A DNA stretch of 63,756 nucleotides, filler included, from Octopus bimaculoides (lineage: Eukaryota), in assembly GCF_001194135.2 (NCBI RefSeq). It is 4 parts of 4 records of this genome, joined end to end, with 100 filler letters (N's around TTAATTAATTAA, not from the genome) between each part and the next. Parts side by side here need not be neighbours in the genome. Positions count along the whole stretch, not along the records: positions 21,626 to 53,551 come from NC_068987.1; 3 more parts are not named here. One strand, 5' to 3'. The notes under the pieces are model-generated. The model did no database searches and was not told the origin of the DNA. It saw nothing but the letters and a program-made list of their open reading frames with translations. Below are positions 35,810-48,860 of this stretch, piece after piece. The position numbers and the translations under genes were made by a program. Every line of letters starts with the position of its first letter. Position 1 is the stretch's first letter.

Positions 35810-35854
<45 letters not shown>

Positions 35855-36747
35855 TTTATCTTTACTTTTTTCAGTCATTTGACTGCGACCATGCTGGAGC
35901 ACAGCCGTGAAGAATTTTTAGTCAAATGAATCGACCCCGGTACTTAATTATTTTGCTACGCCTGGTNNNNNNNNNNNNNNNNNNNNNNNNNNNNNNNNNN
36001 NNNNNNNNNNNNNNNNNNNNNNNNNNNNNNNNNNNNNNNNNNNNNNNNNNNNNNNNNNNNNNNNNNNNNNNNNNNNNNNNNNNNNNNNNNNNNNNNNNNN
36101 NNNNNNNNNNNNNNNNNNNNNNNNNNNNNNNNNNNNNNNNNNNNNNNNNNNNNNNNNNNNNNNNNNNNNNNNNNNNNNNNNNNNNNNNNNNNNNNNNNNN
36201 NNNNNNNNNNNNNNNNNNNNNNNNNNNNNNNNNNNNNNNNNNNNNNNNNNNNNNNNNNNNNNNNNNNNNNNNNNNNNNNNNNNNNNNNNNNNNNNNNNNN
36301 NNNNNNNNNNNNNNNNNNNNNNNNNNNNNNNNNNNNNNNNNNNNNNNNNNNNNNNNNNNNNNNNNNNNNNNNNNNNNNNNNNNNNNNNNNNNNNNNNNNN
36401 NNNNNNNNNNNNNNNNNNNNNNNNNNNNNNNNNNNNNNNNNNNNNNNNNNNNNNNNNNNNNNNNNNNNNNNNNNNNNNNNNNNNNNNNNNNNNNNNNNNN
36501 NNNNNNNNNNNNNNNNNNNNNNNNNNNNNNNNNNNNNNNNNNNNNNNNNNNNNNNNNNNNNNNNNNNNNNNNNNNNNNNNNNNNNNNNNNNNNNNNNNNN
36601 NNNNNNNNNNNNNNNNNNNNNNNNNNNNNNNNNNNNNNNNNNNNNNNNNNNNNNNNNNNNNNNNNNNNNNNNNNNNNNNNNNNNNNNNNNNNNNNNNNNN
36701 NNNNNNNNNNNNNNNNNNNNNNNNNNNNNNNNNNNNNNNNNNNNNNC

Positions 36748-37230
36748 AAGTACTGGGGTGGATGACTTCCGCCACCATCTCAAAAACTGCTGGCCCTGTG
36801 CAAAATTTGAGACCGTTATATGAAACAATAAAAAGATGGCAAGTTGGCAGAATCGTTAGCACGCCGGGGAAAATACTTTGCGGCATTTAGTCCGTCTGCA
36901 CGTTCTGAGATCAAATTCCGCCGGGGTCTTGTGCCTTCAGTAGAAATGATTATTAAATTAAGGTAGTGAGTGGGCAGAATTGTTAGTATGCCGGGCCAAA
37001 TGCTTTGCGGCATTTAGTCCGTCTGAACGTTCTGAGTTCAAAATCCGCCGAGGTCAACTTTACCCTTTCATCCTTCGGAGATCGATAAATTAAGTACCAG
37101 TTACGCACTGGGATCAATGAAATCGACTAGTCCCCTCCCTACAAATTTCAGGTTTTGTGCGTGCCTTTAGTGGAAAGGATTATTATTATTATTATTGTTA
37201 TTGTTATTGTTATTATTATTATTATTTTTA

Positions 37231-37268
<38 letters not shown>

Positions 37269-37886
37269 TTTATTTTTATTATTATTATTATTAAAGTGGA
37301 TGGATTGGTAGAATCATCAAACCGTCGAGGGAGAACTTTTTGTGGTATTTATTCCGGCCCTTTATGTTCTGACTTTAAGTCATGCCGAGATCAATTCTTC
37401 ATCCTTCCAGGATCAATAAAATAAATTACCAGTCAAGTACAAATACTGGAATCGACTAAACCTTTCCTCTCAAATTTGCCAGCCTTGGGCCAAAATTAAA
37501 AACCAGGGATGGTCACACTCTAAATTTGGGGATGGGATAAGTTGATAACATCGACCCAATGCTCAACTGGTAATTATTTTATCAACCCAAAAGGATGTAT
37601 AGCAAAGTCGGCCTCGGCAGAATTTGAACTCAGAACGTAAAGACGATCGAAATGCTTATTTCTTTACTGCCCACAAGGGGGCTAAACATAGAGGGGACAA
37701 ACAAGGACAGACAAACGGATTAAGTCGATTACATCGACTCCAGTGCGTAACTGGTACTTATTTAATCGACCCCGAAAGGATGAAAGGCAAAGTCGACCTC
37801 GGCGGAATTTGAACTCAGAACGTAGCGGCAGACGAAATACCGCTAAGCATTTCGCCCGGCGTGCTAACGTTTCTGCCAGCTCGCCT
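36748..37886. mobile_element. Cluster of about 6 SINE C copies in both orientations with an (ATT)n tract; best-preserved copy 37645-37886 (-)
   Basis: Repeated GGCAGAATCGTTAGCACGCCGG heads and CCTTTCATCC..GATAAAT.AAGTACCAG domains. Confidence 0.88.
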
Positions 37887-37916
37887 AAATTTACAGAGGT
37901 ACTTGTACATTAGTGA

Positions 37917-38150
37917 AGGCGCGTTGTCTAGTGATCAGGCTGTTGCACTCACGATCGCTAGATCGTGGGTTCGATTCCCTGACTGGGCGGCGCGTTGTGT
38001 TCTTCAGTAAACATGTCATTTCACATTGCTCCATCCCCCACTTCGATCAACGAGATTACGTCATTTGAAGGCCACAACAATACAAAAGCGCATTGTGACC
38101 AGTGATGTGTAACATCTAATTGCCTGGTTAGTCACGTGATCGCGCGGCCT
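37917..38150 (+). mobile_element. SINE family D
   Basis: GGCGCGTTGTCTAGTGATCAGG..GGGTTCGATTCCC head, then TGTGTTCTT...CATTTCACATTGCTCC core. Confidence 0.75.
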
Positions 38151-39349
38151 GTTCATTAGTAGAAATTATTCAAATTTATTCATGCTTTACTGTGAATGAG
38201 ACCAGTAAATCAGTTTGGAGGTCATAGGAATTTGAAATTCTTGTTCGTAGATTATAAGAGGTTACGGACCATCAAGGTCCAGAAATGCTTTATTAGTTCA
38301 TTTCGTTCCTCTCGATTCCAAATTCAAACCCAGCCAGGCCCATTAAAATGAAATATTAGTGCCTTACTGATAACAATTCAATAGACTAGAATCAGTTCTT
38401 TGAACAATTAACATCAATATAGGAGGGCGGTCGATATAATTAACTACCCACTCCCAATTTGTGACAGTGAGCCTAGATAAGAACCTAATGTAAAGTCTCA
38501 GAACAATGGCTTGGCCGAGTCGTTTGAGCAGCAGACAAAATGCCTCGTGGTATTTAGGGACATCCTTTTGCGTAATGAGTTCCCTCCCTGAGGTCGACGT
38601 TTTTCTTTCGTCATTCTGGAGTCAATAAAATAATTACCAGCTAAGTACTGAGGTCAATATAACCGATTATACCCACCCTCTCCACCACAAATATGTAGCC
38701 TTGTGCTTCTGCTACATATCACTGTTACATAGAAGCTCGAAGGCGGTGAGCTGGCAGAACCGTTAGCACGCCGGGCGCAAAATGCGGCATTCCGTCTGTC
38801 TGTACGTTCTTAATTCAAATTCCACCGAGGTCGACTTTACATTTCGAGTTCACAGTTTTGACCAGACTGTGCGACATTTTAGGCAAGTAGCATTCACCAG
38901 GTCAATATTGAATACAAGTTGAAAAAATTCCGGGTGATAGATGACTTATTCAACGATGCACGTTCGATATGTTTGTAAAGTCTTCTCACTTGTTTCACTA
39001 AATTCCTTTTAATAAAATGTAAACATTACACTTTATTCGATATACATAGCTTAGTTGGACCCTTGACCCTTTGATAGGACAGGTGAAACATCTTAGAAAC
39101 ATTATATGCCCCTGAGCGATCAAAGGACTCGACCCTATAGAGATCTTATTACATTTCCTCCAACTACTTGCGGATTATTTTTTGTCACCAGGTTTTTGTT
39201 TAAATTTTCAGAAAAAAAGTAGATACGATTTATGCCATCAGCACGCAAAACTACAGGTTTTGAAAAAAATCCGATGAAAATTTGAAAAACTTCAAGCGGT
39301 TGGAAGAAATGTTACTAGATCCCCATGTAGTATTTATTATCTGACAGTA

Positions 39350-39440
39350 AGCAGCGGCATACATATATCAGAGCTGGGCTCCTACACCCGTGAGGCTCCT
39401 GAGCGACTGCCCAGTATGCTCATGCCATAAGACGGCGCTG
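39350..39440. mobile_element. Possible hAT-like terminal fragment
   Basis: Ends ..GCCCAGTATGCTCATGCCATAAGACGGCGCTG (reverse complement CAGCGCCGTCTTA); no partner end found. Confidence 0.35.
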
Positions 39441-40064
39441 CCTTGCAGTCTAGAAGGAGGAAGGGAATTTATCCTTGCGTCTTGGACCTGGCCCGAATAC
39501 TTAAAGTAAACACCACAGAAAGCCACTCAAGAGTTAGGTGGTAGTTTTAAAATAGGAAAACGAATTAAGTATGACTACTAAGAAGAGAAACGAACCCGTT
39601 GATAAGCATCTACGCAGTTTCCTATTACGAAATCTCACTCACAAGACTTTGATCGGCATGAGGTTCTGGTAAATGCTACTTGCCTAAAGTGTCGCAAAGT
39701 GTGGTCAAAACTGAAACCATGTGTGAAGCGAACCTCTTAACCATAGATCCACGCCTGCACTCATATGGTGATGATAAGCTATAATATACCGTACCAATTT
39801 TTGACACTTGATCCCCTGGCTGCTAACCAAAAATATTTATCCCACGTGATATTTTATGATTTACTATTTATCTTGAAATCTATTTACTAGATCAATGGCA
39901 CAAAGAAACGTAAATAATTCGACTTTTTAACATAAGGTCAAAGTTTAAATGAGATATTTTGACATTCTAACGCCCTACTCTGACCATTTCCTTCGCTCCC
40001 GTCTTAAAGGAGAAAAAAAAAAGAAAAGAAATAGTGAGAATTTTTTCTTTCTGCTATAGGCACA

Positions 40065-40420
40065 TCCAAAGCTGAGTAAGTTTGATTTTCAACCACGTGG
40101 TTCGAGTTCAGTCCCACTGGATAGCAACTGTCTTCTACTATAGCCCCGGGCTAACCAAAAGCCTTGTGAGCGGATCTGGTAGACAGAAACTGAAAGTCAG
40201 TCAGTCGTGTGTGTGTTCGTTCCCCCACCACCACCACCGCTTGACAACCGGTGTTGGTTTGTGCAAGCCTCCGTACCATACAAGTTCAGCGAAACAGACA
40301 GATAGTATAAGTGCCAAATTTTTAAAAATAAAGTACTGGGGTCGATTTGTTTGACAAAACCCTTTAAGGCGGGGGCCCTAGCGTAATTGCAGTTCAGTGA
40401 TTGAAATAAGTAGAACAACT
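40065..40420 (+). mobile_element. SINE family B, diverged
   Basis: Head, body and tail recognisable. Confidence 0.8.
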
Positions 40421-40453
40421 GAACACAAATCTGACACAACAACAACAACAACA

Positions 40454-40525
<72 letters not shown>

Positions 40526-40529
40526 TGGT

Positions 40530-42172
40530 TTCAAATTTTGGGACAGGGCCATCAGTTTTTGAGGGCAAGTCGATTACATCGAACCCCCCACCCCCACCCC
40601 GGTACTTGACTGGTACCTATTTTATCGATTCCGAAAGGATGAAAGACAAAGTCAACCTCGGTGAAATTTGACTGAACCCTGAACGCAAAGACGGAGTAAT
40701 AGTAAATAATGAAAAAATTATAAATATTTCTTATATAAACTTTTCCTACTTTAGAAACCCATTAAACCCCTTCCATCAAAATTGCTAGTCTTGTGCCTAA
40801 ATTAGAAACCATTATTTCCTAATAAAAGTACAAAGCCAGAAATTAGTGAGGAGGAAGCTGATGGATTGACTCCAATATTTGAATGCAACTCTATTCTTCT
40901 TGAAAAATAAAATTAAAGACAGAGGCGATTTGGCGGGATTTGAACTAAGAACGTCAGGAAACGTAGCTATTTCGTAATTTCTCAATTCTGTTGCCATATA
41001 TTATTACTTTCAAGAAAGCGACGAGCTGGCCAAATGCTTAGCGGCATTTCACACATCTTTACGATCTGTGTTTAGCTTTTGCAGAGGTCGACTGCGCCCG
41101 TCATCTTTTTGGTGTCGATAAAATAAGTGCCAATTGAAAACTGGGGTCGAGGTAATCGACTTACACCCTCCCCTCAAAATCACTGGCCTTGTGCCAAAAT
41201 TTGAAGCCAATATATTTTTACTTTCAAGGTTTCCGTCAATCAAACATCCCTGACAAAATTTCGGTTGACCTGAGGGTACGAATCTTAGCCCAAGATGCTA
41301 GCAGTAGGAATGAACCACTAACCAATAACTTTGGAACAAATTTGTTAACTCTGCAGCCATCTCTGCGCCTTGTTGCGTTCAGTGTTATTGTGAGTCTGCC
41401 TGAAGATTAGAATAACGGTACGAGAGTCTGTAGAAAAAAAAATGTGATGTAGCAAATCTGATTCAAAGACCCAGCGTTATCGCATATATTGTAATGCTTG
41501 TTCTATCTGAGGATCACAAAAAGTATACAGCTATCTGTGGATTATTCAGCTACGTATGCTATGACACCATGAGCAAGTAGTTTAGTATCATACTAAACTA
41601 CTTGCTTCTATGATGGAGCTTCTATACAGCCACTCGTAATGTTAGTTATAGTAACCAAATTCACTCAAATCACACACTGGTTTCGAATTTTGGCACAAAG
41701 CAAGCAATTTCGGGGTGGGGGAGATAATTCGATTACGTCGACCCCAGTACTTAACTGGTACTTATTTTATCGACTTCAAAATGATGAAAGGTAAAGTTGA
41801 CTTTGGTGGAAAAGGATGAAAGGCAAAGTTGATCCCAATGGAATTTGAACTCTGAACGTAAAGATGGACGAAATGCTGCGAAGCATTTTCCTTGGCGTGC
41901 TAACACTTCTGCCGCCTCTCAAGTCACATATTACCGTCATAAACTGGAAGAGCACACTGAACAATGTAGCCTCGGCAATACAAAAGGCAAAATAGACAAA
42001 ACTGAAACATTTTTGATTAGGGCCTCCAAGAGATATTTTTGCATGGTATTACAAGCCTGCTTGTCGCATCCCCCCCTTTTTTATAGGAGGTTGAGGCTAT
42101 TCACTGTTGTACCTATGTCGTAATCTTCAGGCTGATTCCCCATAACATTAACGATTCTGCCAGCTCACTGCC

Positions 42173-42211
<39 letters not shown>

Positions 42212-42592
42212 GTTGCCAGATTTGACACAGGGCCAGCAGTTTTTGAGGAGCGGGGGGAAATCGATTACACCGACACCAATGTTTAACTGGTACTTCTTTT
42301 ATCGACCCCGAAAGTATGAAAGACAAAGTTGACTTCGGTGGAATTCGAACTCAGAACATAAAGACGGAAGAATTTCTGCTAAGCATTTAACTCGGCTTGA
42401 TAACGTGTTTTGTTACGTCGCCACCTTATAAATATAATAAGAATGTTTCACTGGTACTTATTTTATCGATCCCCGAAAGGATGAAAGGTAAAGTCGATCT
42501 CGGTGGAATTTGAACTGAGAACGTAGCGGAAGACGAAATACCACAAAGCATTTCGCTCGACGTGCTAACGGTTCTGCCAACTCGCCACCTTA
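40530..42592. mobile_element. Cluster of at least 6 SINE C copies, mostly minus strand, interleaved with (AAT)n tracts
   Basis: Copies at ~40530-40700, 40920-40990, 41030-41220 (+), 41680-41915, 42160-42425, 42440-42592. Confidence 0.85.
41572..41606. repeat. Perfect 35-bp palindrome (17-bp arms, 1-nt spacer)
   Basis: AGCAAGTAGTTTAGTAT-C-ATACTAAACTACTTGCT. Confidence 0.95.
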
Positions 42593-42635
42593 ATAATAAT
42601 AATAAAAATAAATAAATAAATAAATAAAAATAATG

Positions 42636-42688
<53 letters not shown>

Positions 42689-43509
42689 CATCTGGAATAA
42701 GGAATTATAATAACCCCTAGAAACGGCGCTATATTGCCCTGAGACTGTTCGCATTTGCTCTGTTCATAATAACACTGCCGCTAAGCTAACCTTGCTTGTT
42801 TTAATTTATTTCTAACCGATATTTGGAATCATTAACATTTCAGAATTTTGTTATTTGAACTTTTGTTTAGCTTCCATGTTTATATTTTACGGCAAAATAC
42901 GTCGCATTAAAATATTAAGGGCAACAATTCAAAATATTTCTAGTTTATTAACAAACAATTGATGACGCAAAATGACAAATACTAACACACTTTGGATTTC
43001 TTTGTGTATGTGTTGTTGTTGCTGTTGTTGCTGTTGTTGTTGCTATTTACTTCCAGTCCTGTTCGAGCAGACCTATGATTAAAGGTGTTCCAACTCCGAC
43101 CATCCGCTGTGTATTTTGTATGTCAGAGACTGTGTTGCTAGATATATCTTTTTTTTTTGTATATGTATAGGTATATGTGAAACGATAAGATATGATTTGA
43201 GTGAGGTCTTGATACTGTTTCTAGTAGGTCGAGCAAGGTTTCTTGTTGACTTTTGTATAACTATCAGTGTATATGTATGAATATGCAGGTGTTTGTATGT
43301 ATGTGTGTATATACGTGTGTATTTGTGCGTGTATATATGTGTAAGAGAGTGTGTGTCCGTTAATACCATGGTCTAATGTTAAGTTCCTAGTAATCCAAAC
43401 TTGTGGAACAAGAAGAGCCATTTCTAGTGGACTTGTACAGGGCGTGCCCGGCTCCAGACTTCTAAATAGATGTGAGGGTCCTTCGATTCTGTCGCCCTAA
43501 TGAAATTCC

Positions 43510-43582
<73 letters not shown>

Positions 43583-43967
43583 NNNNNNNNNNNNNNNNNN
43601 NNNNNNNNNNNNNNNNNNNNNNNNNNNNNNNNNNNNNNNNNNNNNNNNNATATACAGAGAAAGAATGAAAGAGAGTGTGGTAAAGAGGAATCTTTTCGGT
43701 CACAGATTTTTAAATTCTAAAATTAAATGAGAATTTTGAAACTTGGTATATTAATCTACTTTTCACGCTGAATCCGATTTTGTGATTTATTTAATCCACA
43801 AAAATTTTATAAAAATGTTTCATTGGTTTAAAATTTTATCATTTTTACCCAATCAGAAAACAAGATTTGGAAGCTATCATTTCTTGCGTGATAGCTGTCT
43901 ATGACAAAATGAAAGTAAAATACAGCCACGAAGTTTTAAACAAAATGAAAACAATTGCGTACCACAT

Positions 43968-44045
43968 CAAGAGAGAAGGGAAGTAGCATGCAAGAGAGAG
44001 AGGAAGTAGCATGCAAGAGAGAAGGGAAGTAACATGCAAGAGAGA
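43968..44045. repeat. 23-bp minisatellite, ~3.4 copies
   Basis: CAAGAGAGAAGGGAAGTAGCATG repeated. Confidence 0.9.
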
Positions 44046-44529
44046 TGTATGTATACAGAGCGAGAGAGAGAGAGAGAGAGAATGATAAAGAGTGTGGTAA
44101 ATATATATAGAGAGAGAAGACAGAGAGAGATATAAACAGATAAAGAGTGATAGATTTGCCGAATTAAAAGTTGTTATTTCTAGTAGAAAATTATATTTTT
44201 AATTAATTATAGCCGAAGACTTTGTCGCTGGGCTGCAGATTTCAAAAATTAAGTCCGTTTTTGACGAGGATGCACCATTTCGAACATTTCTGTGACATAT
44301 CCACTTACATACACACATGCACTATAATTTGTGCATATATATATATATATCAAATAACTAACAAGGAAACAGGAATTACGCAATCAGTTTCATTACCTAA
44401 CAGCTGTTTCTGGTATAAGGTGATGCACAAGCACTCAACTCTGAGTGCATTGCATTTTATAGCAGAAGCAGCTGTAAGCTAATGAAGTTGATTACGTAAT
44501 TCATTTATTTAATTTCATATGTGTGTGTA

Positions 44530-44563
<34 letters not shown>

Positions 44564-44954
44564 TGTCTGTGTTTATCCCTCCATCATCGCTTGACAACCG
44601 ATGTTGGTATGTTTATGTCCCCGTAACTGAGCGGTTCGGCAAAGGAATCGATAGAATAAGTACTAGGCTTCCCCCTTCCTGGGGTCGATTTCTTCGACTA
44701 AAAAAAATCTTTCAGGTGATGCTCCAGCATGATTGCAGTTAAATGACTGAAACAAATAAGAGAATAAGAGAAAAGAAAAAATACAAATTGTTTCCTGAGA
44801 TCATTTCCTCTTCTTGTTTGAAGTTAGTCTTTTATTGGCATTTCGTAATTATAATAAATTCTCTAGAGATGGAGATAATTTTAATAAATGAAGTATTTGT
44901 GTTGTATGGTATTTGATATACCTGCATTTGTTTGTATATGTTGTTCATACACAT

Positions 44955-45170
44955 TCAACGTGGGAATCTCTAAGTAAGCTCCTGATATGCTAGAAATAGT
45001 GACCAAATCTTCCAGAAATCACATACCACCATCTTTAAAAAAATGAAGGAGCACATTGGGTAACGTAAATTTCGGTGCACCTAAAACGATGGGATGGTCA
45101 CCGTTGGAATGCTTTTGATCATAGATCTGCTGATCGTAGGACTGACTCGGTGTGGAGGGGTACTAAACAA
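44955..45170 (+). mobile_element. Dispersed repeat family E (SINE-like); other copies ~43030-43240 (-), 47420-47560 (+), 41620-41680 (+)
   Basis: Shared CTAGAAATAG..CCAAAT..C.CAAATCACAC and GGGATGGTC..TTGGAATG..TTTGATCATAG.TCTGCT motifs. Confidence 0.65.
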
Positions 45171-46794
45171 AAATGAACAGGTTTTACTTCATCTGTCCTT
45201 GAAGCAACGTTTTTTGTTGTTGTTATTGTCGTTGTTGCTACTGGCGGCGGCGGCGGCAGCGGAAACGGTGGTTGTGGTGGTGGTGGTGGTGATGATGATG
45301 NNNNNNNNNNNNNNNNNNNNNNNNNNNNNNNNNNNNNNNNNNNNNNNNNNNNNNNNNNNNNNNNNNNNNNNNNNNNNNNNNNNNNNNNNNNNNNNNNNNN
45401 NNNNNNNNNNNNNNNNNNNNNNNNNNNNNNNNNNNNNNNNNNNNNNNNNNNNNNNNNNNNNNNNNNNNNNNNNNNNNNNNNNNNNNNNNNNNNNNNNNNN
45501 NNNNNNNNNNNNNNNNNNNNNNNNNNNNNNNNNNNNNNNNNNNNNNNNNNNNNNNNNNNNNNNNNNNNNNNNNNNNNNNNNNNNNNNNNNNNNNNNNNNN
45601 NNNNNNNNNNNNNNNNNNNNNNNNNNNNNNNNNNNNNNNNNNNNNNNNNNNNNNNNGTGGTGGTGATGTCGGTGGTGGTGATGTCGGTGGTGGTTGTTTT
45701 GGTGCTGCTGTCGCCGCTGCTGCTGGCGGTGGTGTTCCAGTTGGCTTGTTCTAGTTGGTGTTGTTGCTGTTGTTGGTATCCCTGTCTTTGATGCTGTTGC
45801 TGTTCTTATCTTTGTCGTCTTCGTTGATATTGTCATTGTTGCTGTCGCCGTTGTTGTTGCTGTTGTTTATAAACATTACAACAGATGTTTATTGCCATCC
45901 ATCCGGATGTAGACTTTGAGGTCCTCAGACTTTCACTAATCTACCCTCGTCACTTCTACTGTCATCCACCTTCGTCCACCTCATCCTCGTATCTTCTGTT
46001 TCACGCCGCCACTCACCTAGCTTTCATCCCTCATTCACCACATTACACACACAAACACACACGATCACATACACACATGAACACACACACATACACACAC
46101 ACACACACACACACTCACTCACATCATATCACATTGCTCTTTCATTTCAATTCCTTCACCAATCCTAAGATATACAACCAAAAAACTCAACACCGCTTTC
46201 TCATCTCTTTCTTCCTCACTCGTCGACAAAGAGCGAGATCCCAAAACGTTAGATTTTCGCTCTTCATAGTATCTAAACTTAATAAAACCTCTTATGAACA
46301 CTCCTAACATTAGTGAGAGGTGGCACAGACATGGTCGAGTGGATAAGAAGTTCCCTTCGCATCTATGTGGTTTCGGGTTCGATCCCACTTTGCCGTGTCT
46401 TGGGTAAGTGTCTCCTTTCATAGAATTAAGTCGGACAAAGCTTTGTGAGAGAAGTTTAGTAGATAGAAACTGTGCGGAATCCCGTTTAGTGGGTTATACC
46501 TATTCTTGAATAGTAAACTAAAACCATCATCTGGTTTAACACCCTTACTAGTCCTTAGGGACCTTTACCCTCATGCAGGTATTCAGGCTAGGCTTCCAAC
46601 TTGACGACAACTTCCTCCTTCCAGGTAGTCTTGGAGGCACTGAAATAGCCGTGTGTCCTACCCTGCGACTTTTAGCTAAACCATTTAAAGAAATAGATGC
46701 TAAGAAAAAACTTTACAGTTCTTACCATTTGTACGATAAGTGATCTGAATTTAAAACTGGTTCTCTTAACATATTTTCTCATTATTTTCTCAGG

Positions 46795-47190
46795 CGCAGG
46801 AGTGGCTGTGTGGTAAGTAGCTTGCTTACCAACCACATGGTGGTGCTTGTCTTCTACTATAGCCTCGGGCCGACCAAAGCCTTGTGAGTGGATTTGGTAG
46901 ACGGAAACTGAAAGAAGCCTGTCGTATATATGTATATATATGTATATGTATGTATTTGCATATGTTTGTGTGTCTGTGTTTGTCTCCCCCACACACCCAC
47001 CCCAACATCGCTTGACAACCGATGCTGGTGTGTTTACGTCCCCGTAACTTAACAGTTCGGCAAAAGAAACCGATAGAATAAGTACTAGGCTTACAAAGAA
47101 TAAGTTCTGGGGTCGATTTGCTCGACTAAAGGCGGTGCTCCAGCATGGCCGCAGTCAAATGACTGAAACAAGTAAAAGAGAGTAAAGAGT
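46795..47190 (+). mobile_element. SINE family B, well-preserved copy with short internal deletion
   Basis: Head through tail GGCGGTGCTCCAGCATGGCCGCAGTCAAATGACTGAAACAAGTAAAAGAGAGTAAAGAGTA. Confidence 0.93.
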
Positions 47191-47744
47191 ATTTATTCAT
47201 TTGTCCTGTTCCCTGGGGAAAAGAGTTTTGATTCGGTAGGCCAGCTTTCTTAAGACATTGGTCTTAGATGTTGTTCTGTTCTGTTAGGTCAACATCTAGA
47301 ACTGTTTATTTATTTACAAATTAATTCGACCACAAACAAAAGCACCACCACCCCATTCACTTTGTCTAGATTTAAGTGTTTCTGCGTGTTGAATATACTT
47401 TTTAAACTATAGTTCTAAATTTAGGTATCCCCAATGTGGCCAATCCGGCTACTAGAAATAGTAATCAAATATCTCTCAACTCACACCTTATAATCTTTAA
47501 AAAGAAAGACTATATTGAATGATCTTGACCCAGATACCATTAACTAGAATGGTGGGATAGTAGAAGGCGAACATTTTTAATTAGCGGTCTGCCTGATGAG
47601 GGCTGACGTGAAATTGAAACATCAACATCAAGATCTTGGGAATTATAACCTTAAATAATAATCGATCTAATAGGATCCCTTTCAACTTTGGTGCAGCTAT
47701 AATCGCGCCGCATGGTCACACTGTATGCTTGCAGATATGTACTT

Positions 47745-47746
47745 AA

Positions 47747-47792
<46 letters not shown>

Positions 47793-47909
47793 CAAAGAAT
47801 ATATATACATGTATACACACATATATGTACATACTTACATCTACATGTGTATATACATGCATATCAGGGTACAGGACGTTAGAACAATAAACTACAGACA
47901 ACGGAACGA

Positions 47910-47942
<33 letters not shown>

Positions 47943-48496
47943 NNNNNNNNNNNNNNNNNNNNNNNNNNNNNNNNNNNNNNNNNNNNNNNNNNNNNNNNNN
48001 NNNNNNNNNNNNNNNNNNNNNNNNNNNNNNNNNNNNNNNNNNNNNNNNNNNNNNNNNNNNNNNNNNNNNNNNNNNNNNNNNNNNNNNNNNNNNNNNNNNN
48101 NNNNNNNNNNNNNNNNNNNNNNNNNNNNNNNNNNNNNNNNNNNNNNNNNNNNNNNNNNNNNNNNNNNNNNNNNNNNNNNNNNNNNNNNNNNNNNNNNNNN
48201 NNNNNNNNNNNNNNNNNNNNNNNNNNNNNNNNNNNNNNNNNNNNNNNNNNNNNNNNNNNNNNNNNNNNNNNNNNNNNNNNNNNNNNNNNNNNNNNNNNNN
48301 NNNNNNNNNNNNNNNNNNNNNNNNNNNNNNNNNNNNNNNNNNNNNNNNNNNNNNNNNNNNNNNNNNNNNNNNNNNNNNNNNNNNNNNNNNNNNNNNNNNN
48401 NNNNNNNNNNNNNNNNNNNNNNNNNNNNNNNNNNNNNNNNNNNNNNNNNNNNNNNNNNNNNNNNNNNNNNNNNNNNNNNNNNNNNNNNNNNNNNNN

Positions 48497-48537
<41 letters not shown>

Positions 48538-48654
48538 CAAAGAATATATATACATGTATACACACATATATGTACATACTTACATCTACATGTGTATATA
48601 CATGCATATCAGGGTACAGGACGTTAGAACAATAAACTACAGACAACGGAACGA

Positions 48655-48688
<34 letters not shown>
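47745..48688. repeat. Identical ~190-bp block on both sides of an N-gap
   Basis: 47770-47935 matches ~48525-48685; a diverged reverse-complement copy lies at ~33218-33300. Confidence 0.85.
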
Positions 48689-48691
<3 letters not shown>

Positions 48692-48717
48692 AGCTCTGGG
48701 GACGATGCGCACGCGGT

Positions 48718-48860
48718 CGGCGGCGACCTGGCAGAATCGTTAGCACGCCGGGCGAAATGCTCAGCGATGTTTTGTCTGCCGTTATGTTCTGAGTTCAAAT
48801 TCCGCCGAGGTCAACTTTGCCTTTCATCTTTTCGGGGTCGATTAAATAAGTACCAGTATA
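48718..48860 (+). mobile_element. SINE family C
   Basis: Head and central domain; further copies at ~49600-49785 (+), 50945-51230 (two, -), 58005-58200 (+). Confidence 0.88.

Noticed and set aside
38860-39350. Possible hAT transposase C-terminal remnant
   Set aside because: No diagnostic motif recovered by manual translation.
46215-46265. Possible further PLE hammerhead relic (GACAAAGAGCGAGATCCCAAAACGTTAG)
   Set aside because: Core and GAAA both too degenerate to support a call.
47588-47630. CTGATGAG...GAAAC hammerhead-like string
   Set aside because: Stems I, II and III do not pair; it lies within a diverged dispersed repeat.
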